Virus record (IMG/VR): IMGVR_UViG_3300046171_000007
Location: 1-53,508 of that record
Strand: one strand, 5' to 3'
DNA length: 53,508 nt
Source: a virus
Lineage: Duplodnaviria; Caudoviricetes
In this document: in pieces, positions 17,966-27,868 of the stretch
Position numbering within the stretch: the first letter of the stretch is position 1
How the letters are laid out: each line of letters opens with the position of its first letter
Notes under the pieces: model-generated
The model's database searches: none
What the model was told of the DNA's origin: nothing
The model's input: the letters and a program-made list of their open reading frames with translations, nothing else
Made by a program: the position numbers and the translations under genes

Positions 17966-17992
17966 TTACATTAGCCTACATAGGAGAAAATC

Positions 17993-19048
17993 ATGGCTTT
18001 TACTACTGCTAGTGGTTATGGTAATCTTCCTAACGGTAACTTTTCACCCGTAATTTACTCCAAACAGGTGCAGCTTGCTTTCCGCAAGGCCGCTGTTTGT
18101 GAGGCAATCACCAACTCCGATTACTTCGGTGAGATTGCTCAGATGGGTGACTCCGTTAAGATTATCAAGGAACCCGAAATCACTGTTAAGGCATATGCCC
18201 GTGGTACGACTATCACGCCGCAAGACCTTGACGACGAAGACTTCAGCCTGACCATTGACAAAGCTAACTACTTTGCATTCAAGGTTGATGACATTGAAGA
18301 GGCGCACAGCCACGTTAACTTCCAGTCTCTGGCAAGTGACCGTGCTGCTTATCGCCTCGCTGACCAGTTTGACCAAGACGTTCTTGGTTATCTGTCTGGT
18401 TACAAGCAGTCGGCAATTCATGGAACTGCCGATACCGTCAACGATGTAGTCAACGGCACCAATGCTGTTGGTTCTGCAACTGACGAACTGCTTGCAAGCA
18501 TGAAGCTGGACGCATCTGACTTTAACTCCGGTTCTGCAGGGGATGCTATTGCTATCCTGCCGCGTACCGGCGCAGGTGCTGCTCCGACTGATGCTGGTGA
18601 TGCTAACCCGCTGCAGGTTATCGCCCGTATGTCTCGTCTGCTTGACCAGCAGAACGTAGACACTCAGGGTCGCTGGCTTGTACTTGACCCCGTATTCATG
18701 GAAGTCCTGAAAGACGAAGACTCTCGTCTGTTCGACGCTGACTTCGGTGGTTCGGGTCTGCAGAATGGCGTTGTTTCCAACAACATTCATGGCTTCACCG
18801 TCTACTCGTCCAACAATCTTCCTGCCGTTGGTACTGGTCCGTCCTTCACTGGTGCGAACTCGTCCACTAACTTTGGTGTGATTGTTGCCGGTCATTCTTC
18901 TGCTGTTGCAACTGCAGAGCAGATTAACAAGACCGAAACCTACCGTGACCCTGACAGCTTTGCTGACATTGTTCGTGGTATGCACCTGTATGGCCGCAAG
19001 ATTCTTCGTCCTGAAGCACTTGTTAACGCCAAATACCATCTGGCTTAA
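17993..19048 (+). CDS. Major capsid protein (HK97 fold, P22/T7-type)
   Basis: 351 aa; FSPVIYS, ITNSDYFGEI..GDSVKI, FADIVRGMHLYG; strong RBS and codon bias. Confidence 0.92.
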   Translation: MAFTTASGYGNLPNGNFSPVIYSKQVQLAFRKAAVCEAITNSDYFGEIAQMGDSVKIIKEPEITVKAYARGTTITPQDLDDEDFSLTIDKANYFAFKVDDIEEAHSHVNFQSLASDRAAYRLADQFDQDVLGYLSGYKQSAIHGTADTVNDVVNGTNAVGSATDELLASMKLDASDFNSGSAGDAIAILPRTGAGAAPTDAGDANPLQVIARMSRLLDQQNVDTQGRWLVLDPVFMEVLKDEDSRLFDADFGGSGLQNGVVSNNIHGFTVYSSNNLPAVGTGPSFTGANSSTNFGVIVAGHSSAVATAEQINKTETYRDPDSFADIVRGMHLYGRKILRPEALVNAKYHLA

Positions 19049-19062
19049 GGGGGGAATGAATA

Positions 19063-19542
19063 ATGGCTACAATTACTTCACTTCTTAAAGCTGCGACTGG
19101 CAATTCCCAGCGTGGCCGTAACCCTTACATGGTTGAGAACACCATCGACATCGTGGCTACTACTGTAGACCCGTCATCTGCTGATGTTGTTCAAGCAATC
19201 ACCATTCCTGCTGGCACCAAAATCATGGCTGCTGGTGTGGAAGTTGTTGAGAGTGCAACTATGAACACTGGTACTGACGCAACCGTAACTCTTGGTGCGG
19301 CTGATCCAGATGAGTACGTAACCGCATTCGACATTGACGGTGCTGCTGACGGTGCTTATGCGCCTAGCGTAACTGTCTCTGCCGACGTGGTTCTGGCTTC
19401 TGCCGACACTCTGGACCTGACCTTTGCTGGTTCCGGTGCATCGTTCACTGCTGGTAAACTCCGTGTTTACGCAGTAATGATGGATGTAAGTTCGCAGGGC
19501 GACACTTCTGCTGATGAAGTAGATCGTGACACTCTCGCCTAA
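19063..19542 (+). CDS. Capsid decoration / minor capsid protein
   Basis: Follows the capsid gene, same codon bias, Ala/Thr/Val-rich. Confidence 0.6.
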   Translation: MATITSLLKAATGNSQRGRNPYMVENTIDIVATTVDPSSADVVQAITIPAGTKIMAAGVEVVESATMNTGTDATVTLGAADPDEYVTAFDIDGAADGAYAPSVTVSADVVLASADTLDLTFAGSGASFTAGKLRVYAVMMDVSSQGDTSADEVDRDTLA

Positions 19543-19551
19543 CTAAGTATT

Positions 19552-19578
19552 GGGGCAGGGACTTGACATCTCTGCCCC
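19552..19578 (+). terminator. Stem-loop after the capsid operon (terminator or attenuator)
   Basis: GGGGCAGGGA-CTTGACA-TCTCTGCCCC; weak U tail. Confidence 0.6.
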
Positions 19579-19610
19579 TCTACATCTTGTGATAATATTG
19601 GAGAAAACAA

Positions 19611-20048
19611 ATGGCAATCACAACTGCTATGTGCAATAGCTTCAAAACAGAACTGTTAGGCGGTCTGCATGATCTGGACAGCGACTCGCTTAAACTTGCT
19701 CTGATTAAAGCATCCCCGTCTGGCACATACAATGCCAGCACAACTAATTATTCTGACGTAACAGGTAACTCTGACGAAGCAACTGGCACAAACTATTCTG
19801 CCGGTGGTCAGGTACTTGACGGTGCGTCTATTACGCTTGACGGTTCTACTGCCATTGTTGACTTCACTGACGAAGTATTCAACAATGTAACAGTTTCTGC
19901 TGACGGTTGTATCATTTACAACACGGCTAACTCAAATTCTGCTATTGCTGTCATTGATTTTGGCGGTACTGTAAGTGCTACCGCTGGTGACCTGACGATT
20001 GAATTTCCTGCCGCTGACGCTTCCAACGCTGTAATTCGCATCGCATAA
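19611..20048 (+). CDS. Structural protein (fibre-associated)
   Basis: MAITTAMCNSFK...YSAGG...DFGG; common marine phage structural family. Confidence 0.65.
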   Translation: MAITTAMCNSFKTELLGGLHDLDSDSLKLALIKASPSGTYNASTTNYSDVTGNSDEATGTNYSAGGQVLDGASITLDGSTAIVDFTDEVFNNVTVSADGCIIYNTANSNSAIAVIDFGGTVSATAGDLTIEFPAADASNAVIRIA

Positions 20049-20060
20049 GGAGTGTGAGGC

Positions 20061-20996
20061 ATGGCCTTTTACGACTCCTCTGATGCAATATATGGCGTAG
20101 GTGTATACGGTTCTCCTAGTTACGGAGTCGTAACACCTAATGTTGCATTAACTGGAGTCAGTGCTACTGGCGCAGTTCAGACTGTAGCTATCAACGGATT
20201 TGAGATTGATATCTCTGAACGTCTTGGTAGCGTCAGTGCGACAGGCACCGTAGGCACACTCACTGTAAATGTCTCTGAATTACTTGCTGGCGTAAGTGCT
20301 ACAGGTTCTATCGGCACAGTTGAACCGCAGGTAGATGAGGCACTAAACAGCGTATCTGCTACAGGTTCTGTAAACACAGTAACTGTAAATATTACAGAGA
20401 AAATTGTTGGCGTATCCGCGACAGGAAGTGTCAACACAGTTACAGAAAATACTGGCGCAGGTATTGCAGGAGTATCGGCAACAGGCAGCATAGGAACACT
20501 ACAGCTTAACATCAATCTGCCTATTACGGGTGTTAGTGCTACAGGTTCTGTAAATACTGTTGAGGACAAGCCAACAGAAAAACTGGCCAGTGTATCTGCC
20601 ACAGGTTCAATTGGTACAGTACAGCCGGTAGTTAGCTTCTCTGTAGATGCAGTTGGTGTACAAGGCACTACCGCACTTGGTAGCATTGAGGCGCAGACTA
20701 CTGAATCCCTGCTAAGTGTAAGTGCAACCATTTCGATAAATGGTAATCTTACGTTCTCAAACACGCATCGTCTAACCTCTGCAGGTATGACACTCTCGCT
20801 GGGAACACTTACAATTACTGCAGTACAGTTTGACTTTGAGGCAGTTAAAACACTATATGGTAGACAGAGGACTGTTTACGTAGAGAGCAAAAAAGCAAGA
20901 ACAGTCTACGTAGAAAAGAAACCGTTTAGAACTGTATTTGTAGAGAGACAATCAACTGCCGCTGAAAGACGGGCATCTGTAGCAAGGGCAGCGTAG
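20061..20996 (+). CDS. Repeat-containing fibre-like protein
   Basis: About 19-aa repeats of (G/S)VSATG(S/T)(V/I)(G/N)T. Confidence 0.7.
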   Translation: MAFYDSSDAIYGVGVYGSPSYGVVTPNVALTGVSATGAVQTVAINGFEIDISERLGSVSATGTVGTLTVNVSELLAGVSATGSIGTVEPQVDEALNSVSATGSVNTVTVNITEKIVGVSATGSVNTVTENTGAGIAGVSATGSIGTLQLNINLPITGVSATGSVNTVEDKPTEKLASVSATGSIGTVQPVVSFSVDAVGVQGTTALGSIEAQTTESLLSVSATISINGNLTFSNTHRLTSAGMTLSLGTLTITAVQFDFEAVKTLYGRQRTVYVESKKARTVYVEKKPFRTVFVERQSTAAERRASVARAA

Positions 20997-21005
20997 GAGA
21001 AATAA

Positions 21006-21351
21006 ATGTCATTCCGTTGGCCTGTAAAAGACCCTGATGAAACACTTGACTACAGCATGGACTGGTCCCGCTGGCTAGACACTGCTACCATCTCGTCTGT
21101 AACTTGGTTTGTGAAAACGCCTGAGATTGGCAAGACGCAGATTGACGCAGGTGAGACACTGACCACAGCATCCGGTAGCACCGTAACTGACAGCATTCAA
21201 AACATCAGTCAGACAAATACAAATACTGTAGCCTACACTTAATCTTGGTGGCGGTGTACTAAATAGAGAATATACATTCACATGTCAAATTGTTGACAGC
21301 ACAGGCAGCACGGCTGAACGATCTGTTAAAGTAGCTATAAGGCAAAAATAA
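21006..21351 (+). CDS. Fibre adaptor-like protein (apparent 1-nt insertion at about 21232)
   Basis: KDPDETLDYSMDW; corrected frame ends ...TAERSVKVAIRQK* with TAATG overlap. Confidence 0.7.
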
Positions 21352-22082
21352 TGGCATATAATTATCTTGGACTTGTAAATGAACTTAATCGCCGCCTGAA
21401 TGAGACGGAACTTACCTCGTCCAACTTTGCCAGTGCTACGGGTTTCTATGCTCACGCTAAAGACGCAATCAATGCCTCGCTTCGTGACATCAACCAGCAT
21501 GAGTTCAACTGGCCGTTCAACCATGTAGAGCAGGAAGATGTGCTGTCAAGTGATGTCTCACGCTATGCTTTCCCTCACGACGCTAAACTAATTGACTTCG
21601 ACAGCTTCCGCATTAAAGAAGACAGTACACTTGGCAATGCCACCACACGTCTGGGCATTGTTACATACGAAGAGTATCTTGACAAGTATGTAGACCAAGA
21701 GTACAATTCTACAGGAAGACAGGGTGTACCACAGATGGTAGCGCACGGTCCTGCACTTGAGTACATTCTCACGCCGGAACCTGATGCAGCTTACACCATC
21801 GTGTATGAGTACTACCGCATTCCTGTAGACCTTGAACTATATGATGACGTACCGGCTGTGCCAGAACGCTTTAAGCATATTGTAGTAGATGGTGCTATGC
21901 ACTATGCCTACCTGTTCCGTGGCAATACTCAGGATGCACTTGTTGCCAAAGAGAAGTTTGAAGAAGGTATCAAGAACATGCGTTCCATGCTGATTAACCG
22001 GACATACTATGTACGTTCTTACATGATCCCACAGAACACTGGTGGTGGGGGCAGAATGGGCTATGCGAGGTTGCCCATCTAA
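21351..22082 (+). CDS. Head-tail adaptor / tail tubular protein A
   Basis: YLGLVN...LNE; WPF; P.PD..Y; position in the tail module. Confidence 0.75.
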   Translation: MAYNYLGLVNELNRRLNETELTSSNFASATGFYAHAKDAINASLRDINQHEFNWPFNHVEQEDVLSSDVSRYAFPHDAKLIDFDSFRIKEDSTLGNATTRLGIVTYEEYLDKYVDQEYNSTGRQGVPQMVAHGPALEYILTPEPDAAYTIVYEYYRIPVDLELYDDVPAVPERFKHIVVDGAMHYAYLFRGNTQDALVAKEKFEEGIKNMRSMLINRTYYVRSYMIPQNTGGGGRMGYARLPI

Positions 22083-23605
22083 TGGCTGACGCATGGCAGA
22101 CCCATTCGTTTGAATTTAAGGGTGGCTTGATTACAAACCTTTCTCCGTATCAGCAAGGTTTTCAGGCACCGGGTTCTGCACGTATCCTACGTAACTTTGA
22201 ACCTTCGATCTTTGGTGGGTACACACGTATTGAAGGCTTTGATAAGTTTGACAGCAATGCTCTGTCTAATACGGGTACGGTACGTGGACTGCATCGTTAT
22301 GATGATAAAGTGTTTGCCTGTCGCGGTGACGACTTATTCTTCTCGACAGGTTCCGGCTGGACACAAGTAAGTGACAATGTTGCATACAGCAGCGCAGGTG
22401 TCACAATCGGCGGTTCTGGTAAAGTACGTTTTCTGAAGTACGACTTTGACGGAACAGAAAAGCTGATGCTTGTAGATGGTACAGGCAAACCATATAGGTT
22501 CGACGGCACAACATTTGAACAGCTTACGTCTCTATCTAGTGATACAGCAGGTTCAAGTTTTGTAATCAACTTTAAAAACCACATCGTTCTTGGCAATGGA
22601 AAAAAGATAATTTTTTCTGCTCCATATGAAGATGATGACTTTACAATTGCTAACGGTGGTGGTATAATTAATGTTGCTGATACGATAACAGGTCTGATTG
22701 TCTTCCGTGAACAGCTTATCGTATTTAGTGAAAGCAGTATTAATGTTCTGAATGGCAACAGTGTATCAGACTTTACACTACAGCCTGTGTCCCGTGACTT
22801 GGGGTGTGTGGCAGAAGACACCATTCAGGAAATTGGCGGTGATGTAATCTTTCTTGGTCCAGATGGACTGCGCCTCTTTTCTGCAACAGATCGTATCGGT
22901 GACTTCAGTCTTGCTGCAATATCCAAAACCATTCAGGTTGAGATACTTGACTTGGTTACGAGTAGCCCCGGTGGATTTACCAGTACAGTCATTCGTGAAA
23001 AAAGTCAGTATCGACTGTTCGGGTACAATGCCACATACACAAACGCTTCGGCAAAGGGTATCGGTGCTACCCAGCTACAAGAGGGCATTGCCTTTAACGA
23101 CACGCGAGGCATCAATGCCTACGTAACGTACAGTGAGTATGACGGGTTTGCAGAACGTATCTACTTTGCCAATGCAGACGGATACGTGTATCAGATGGAG
23201 CAGGGCAACTCGTTTGATGGAGTAGACATTCCGGCAACTTTTGCCACACCTTTTATTCCGCTAGGTGACCCAAATGTGCGGAAGACAATTTACAAGGGAA
23301 CTACGTATCTGGATGTAAATGGCGACTTTGATCTTGAGTTCTCACTCAAGTTTGACTTTGACCAGCCGGGTTCAGTTCAGCCAGACTCAATACTTTCAAG
23401 TGATGCAGCTGCATCCATTACATACGGTTCTGGTATTTATGGCACGTCTTTGTTTGGTGTTAAACAAAAAGCCATATATGATGTTCAAACAGTAGGTTCA
23501 GGATTTACAGTGTCAATTCTATACGAAACAACAGGTACAAACACTGACGCTGTATTTACGATTGACGCTGCCACGTTGCAGTTTACGACTAACGCTAGGA
23601 GATAG
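22082..23605 (+). CDS. Tail nozzle / tail tubular protein B
   Basis: FKGGL start; beta-propeller-like; LGCVA...FLGPDG. Confidence 0.75.
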   Translation: MADAWQTHSFEFKGGLITNLSPYQQGFQAPGSARILRNFEPSIFGGYTRIEGFDKFDSNALSNTGTVRGLHRYDDKVFACRGDDLFFSTGSGWTQVSDNVAYSSAGVTIGGSGKVRFLKYDFDGTEKLMLVDGTGKPYRFDGTTFEQLTSLSSDTAGSSFVINFKNHIVLGNGKKIIFSAPYEDDDFTIANGGGIINVADTITGLIVFREQLIVFSESSINVLNGNSVSDFTLQPVSRDLGCVAEDTIQEIGGDVIFLGPDGLRLFSATDRIGDFSLAAISKTIQVEILDLVTSSPGGFTSTVIREKSQYRLFGYNATYTNASAKGIGATQLQEGIAFNDTRGINAYVTYSEYDGFAERIYFANADGYVYQMEQGNSFDGVDIPATFATPFIPLGDPNVRKTIYKGTTYLDVNGDFDLEFSLKFDFDQPGSVQPDSILSSDAAASITYGSGIYGTSLFGVKQKAIYDVQTVGSGFTVSILYETTGTNTDAVFTIDAATLQFTTNARR

Positions 23606-23607
23606 GC

Positions 23608-26600
23608 ATGGGTACTGGTTATACTCGTAATGATACCGCCAACAATATTGCAGACGGGAACGTCATTAACGCCTCTGACCTTGATGGCGAGTTTGATGCA
23701 GTTCAGGCGGCATTCAACGGAAGCACAGGCCACAGCCACGATGGCACAACAGGCGAGGGTCCGCAGATTGACACGGCGGGTCTTGCTGATGATGCCGTAA
23801 CTGGTGCAAAGATTGACTCGACAACCACGATCACTGCCGCTGGGTTTAGTGGCCCCTTGACAGGCACAGCCTCTAACGCAGCCCTGCTTGACAGCCTTGA
23901 CAGCACACAATTCCTTCGTAGCGATGCGGCGGATACCAAGACATCAGGTGACTTGTCGTTCAGTGATAGCGTTAAGGCAAAGTTCGGTGCTGGGTCTGAC
24001 TTGCAGATTTATCATGATGGCAGCAACAGTTTTATTGATGATTCTGGTACAGGAAACCTCTTAATCCGCAGCAACAGAACCATCATTCAGAAATACACAG
24101 GTGAAGTTGCAGGTGATTTTGTAGCAGATGGCGAGGCTGCGCTTTATTACGACAACGACAAGAAAATCGCCACCACCTCCTCCGGCATCGACGTGACCGG
24201 CACCGTTACTGCTACAGGTAATATTGAACTTGGAGATAGTGGCGGTGTTTCTACTGGACGAGTAAAGTTCGGTGATGGCGACGATTTACAGATGTATTTT
24301 GACGGAACAAGCAGTGTGATTTCTAGCGAAAACACTACTGACATGTATGTTCAGGCAAATAATATATATCTTCGTAGCAGTATTCCGGGGGCAGAAAACG
24401 GTATTGTTATTGCGGGTGATGGCGCAGTGACAGCTTACTACGACAACGCCGCCAAACTCGCCACTACAGCCTCCGGCATCGACGTGACCGGCACGGCAGT
24501 CACAGACGGCCTCACGGTTGCTGGCAACGTCAGCGTGGACGGCGGCACGATTAAGCTGGACGGTAACTACCCGACAGGCACAGAGAACGTGGCTGTGGGT
24601 GACACTGCACTTGATAGCGTTGAAAGTGGTGGGCAGTACAATGTGGCAGTAGGTTCTAAGGCTGGCACTGCAATTACAACTGGTGACCAGAATGTTGCTG
24701 TTGGTGCGTATACTCTTGATGCAACGACTACTGGCGGCAACAACACGGCTTTGGGTAAATCTGCTTTAGGAGCAAACACGACAGCATCTAACAACACCGC
24801 TGTCGGCACAAATGCACTCCTCGCAAACACCACCGGCACAAACAACACCGCTGTAGGTCAAATTTCCCTAGATGCTTGTACGACGGGTAGTGGCAACACC
24901 GCTCTAGGCCGTGCTTCTGCCAGTGCTTTAACCTCTTCGGATGACAACACTTATATTGGCTATCAGTCTAATTCTGTAGGAGTCTCAGGTGATGACAATA
25001 CGGGAGTAGGGGCGAATACTCTGTACAACAACGCTGCAGCGAACAACACCGCTGTCGGTTCAAATGCGCTATATGCCAACACCTCTGGCACGAATAACAC
25101 GGCAGTAGGAAGACAGGCACTAGATGCTAATACCACCTCATCGTACAACACGGCTGTCGGCTTTAACTCACTTACAAACAGCACTGGCGCAAGCAACACG
25201 GCTGTCGGCAACCAAGCACTAGAGACTAACACTTCTGGCACACGCAACGTGGCAGTCGGTTCTAGTGCGGGGTACAACACTTCATCAGGTGCAAACAACA
25301 CGGCTATTGGAACGGTTGCTTTGTATTCTAACACCACTGCCAGCAACAACACCGCCGTAGGCGATAGCGCACTGTTCGCTAACACCACTGCCACATACAA
25401 CACCGCTGTAGGCTACCGCAGTTTGGCAGCCAACACCACTGGCGCAACCAATGTATCTGTCGGCGGCGACTCTATGCTGGCGAACACCACCGGAAGCAAC
25501 AACGTGTCACTGGGCGTTGGTACTATGCTGGCGAACACCACAGGCGGTAACAACGTCGCTATCGGTAGACAGGCACTTGATGCAAACACCACAGCATCTA
25601 ACAACACTGCTGTGGGTTATCAAACACTGACTGCAAACACCACTGGTCGTGACCTTGTTGCTATTGGTTCTGGCGCATTGGACGCAAACACCACTGCCAA
25701 CAACAATGTCGGCATCGGTAAAAATGCGTTGGGTGTAAACACTACAGGCGCTAATAACACGGCACTTGGCACTGCGGCTTTGGACGCTAACACAACAGCA
25801 GACAACAACGTGGCGGTAGGTACAGCAGCACTTGGTGCAAACACCACCGGCGCAGAAACGTCGCGGTAGGTCGCTATCTCCCTTGACGCCAACACACATC
25901 AGGCGCAAGCACCGCTGTAGGCTACAACGCACTCACAGCTAACACCGGCGCATACAATGATGCGTTTGGTTACGCCTCGCTTCAGGCCAACACCTCTGGG
26001 ACAGCTAATGCTGCTTTTGGTTTTTCTGCGCTTCAAAACAACACGACGGCTAGTAACAACACCGCTGTGGGCTATCAGGCACTAGATGCTAACACCACTG
26101 GCACACTCAACACAGCAGTCGGCAAGGGTGCTTTGGACTCAAATACAACCGCTTCAGACAATACGGCTGTCGGCGGTGGTGCAATGGAGGACAATACCAC
26201 AGGCACAAACAACACTGCCGTAGGTCGTACAGCACTTGCTGACAATACTACAGGCGGTTCCAACACGGCTGTTGGTCGTGACGCACTAAAGGTGAACACC
26301 ACCGCATCAAACAATACGGCTGTTGGCAAAGATGCACTTCTTTTGAACACCACAGGCAACAACAACACAGCAGTCGGTGCAGAAGCCCTTGATGCAAATA
26401 CCGTAGGCGATAGAAATGTTGCTGTTGGTGTGGCCTCTCTTTCAACATTTAATCCTGCTTCTAATGCTGACACATACAACACGGCTGTAGGTTATGCGTC
26501 CTTAAAACTTGCTACAACCGGCACAAACAACACTGCAATCGGTGGATTGGCACTTACCGCTAACACCACTGGCGCAAGAAATGTTGCCGTTGGTGCAAAC

Positions 26601-27402
26601 GCCCTTGATGCGAATACTACATCAAGTGACTCTACTGCTATTGGGTACAACGCTTTAAGTGCAAAAACCGGCGGGTTTGGCGACCTTGCAATTGGCACGC
26701 GGCCTTTGCAAAGCCTTACAACAGGCCACAGCAATGTTGCGATTGGTACTTCTTATGCTGGATATGCGGGTGGGTCTGTAACAACCGGCACATTCAACAC
26801 TATGGTTGGCAATGATGCGGGGCGTTCAGCCACTACAGGAACCGTGAACACATTTATAGGGAATGGTTCTGGTGGACTGATAACAACTGGAAGCAAAAAC
26901 AGTGTTCTTGGTGGCCTACAACGGCAATCAGGGTGGCCTCGACATCCGCACATCCAGCAACCGCATCGTGCTGTCAGATGGCGACGGCAACCCTAGACTA
27001 TACATGAACGAAAACGGAATACTGTTTTCTCCCCCGACCCAAGACAACACCACCGCCGCTGGCGCTAACGTGTTTATCTCAGCCGGACAGTTTTATCGTT
27101 CAACATCATCTCAGCGTTACAAAAACACCATCACTGATGCCACACACGGCCTGACGGAACTGCTTGCACTGCGTCCTGTTACCTACAAAGGCAACAATGA
27201 TGGCGACACAATCTTCGGTGGCTTGATTGCTGAAGAAGTACACGACGCTGGCCTGACAGAGTTTGTTTCTTACGATGACCAAGACAGGCCAGACTCTCTT
27301 GCATACGGGAATATGGTGTCGCTGTGCATCAAAGCTATCCAAGAACAGCAAGCAACAATCACAGCACTTGAGGCACGTATTGCCACACTTGAGTCCAACT
27401 AA
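23608..27402 (+). CDS. Tail fibre with YadA-head-like repeats and C-terminal S74 chaperone (indels at about 25855-25950 and 26914)
   Basis: Dozens of 14-aa NTAVGxxALxANTT repeats; SSQRYK...GLIAEEV...Y..coiled coil. Confidence 0.85.
24179..24494 (+). repeat. Identical 25-bp direct repeats inside the fibre gene
   Basis: CCTCCGGCATCGACGTGACCGGCAC at 24179-24203 and 24470-24494. Confidence 0.9.
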
Positions 27403-27413
27403 AGGAGACTAAA

Positions 27414-27656
27414 ATGGACGAAATCACTAGCGAACAAATCGCACAGAACTACACCGCAATGGGTCACAGCGTTGACCTTATCAATGCCATCATTGCTGGC
27501 GAGGCTATGGCAGATGACGACGCAGCCGACAGGCAGGACTGTGTTGACCGCAACGTCGAGCATCTTGAGATTATGGTCGCAAAGGACTACTGGACCGACG
27601 AGGACATGACAGCAGTTAATGCTGCCATCACGGCTGGCAACGGCTACACCGCATAA
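27414..27656 (+). CDS. Small fibre-associated protein
   Basis: GGAG RBS; RNVEHLEIM motif. Confidence 0.7.
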   Translation: MDEITSEQIAQNYTAMGHSVDLINAIIAGEAMADDDAADRQDCVDRNVEHLEIMVAKDYWTDEDMTAVNAAITAGNGYTA

Positions 27657-27868
27657 TGAAACTCACTCCAGAGACACACATGGAACCTGCTTTCAAAACT
27701 CAGATGGAACTTGAGGCACACGAGAAAGAGTGTGCCATAAGGTACGCAGCAGTGCAGGAGAAACTGGAGTCTCTGGACAAACGCATGTGGCGTTTAGAAG
27801 CGATGATTATGGGTAGCACTGTTCTTGTGGTAGCTATGGTGGTCACTGTATTTATGGGAATTAAGTAA
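27656..27868 (+). CDS. Small coiled-coil membrane protein
   Basis: HEKECAIRY plus C-terminal TM helix. Confidence 0.7.
   Translation: MKLTPETHMEPAFKTQMELEAHEKECAIRYAAVQEKLESLDKRMWRLEAMIMGSTVLVVAMVVTVFMGIK

Noticed and set aside
18044-19039. 331-aa antisense ORF over the capsid gene (and similar ones at 34787..35833 and 20177..20764)
   Set aside because: Shadow ORFs expected from strong codon bias; no RBS or recognisable motifs seen
19563-19596. Promoter from TTGACA in the hairpin loop
   Set aside because: The nearest -10-like hexamers are 12 and 22 nt away
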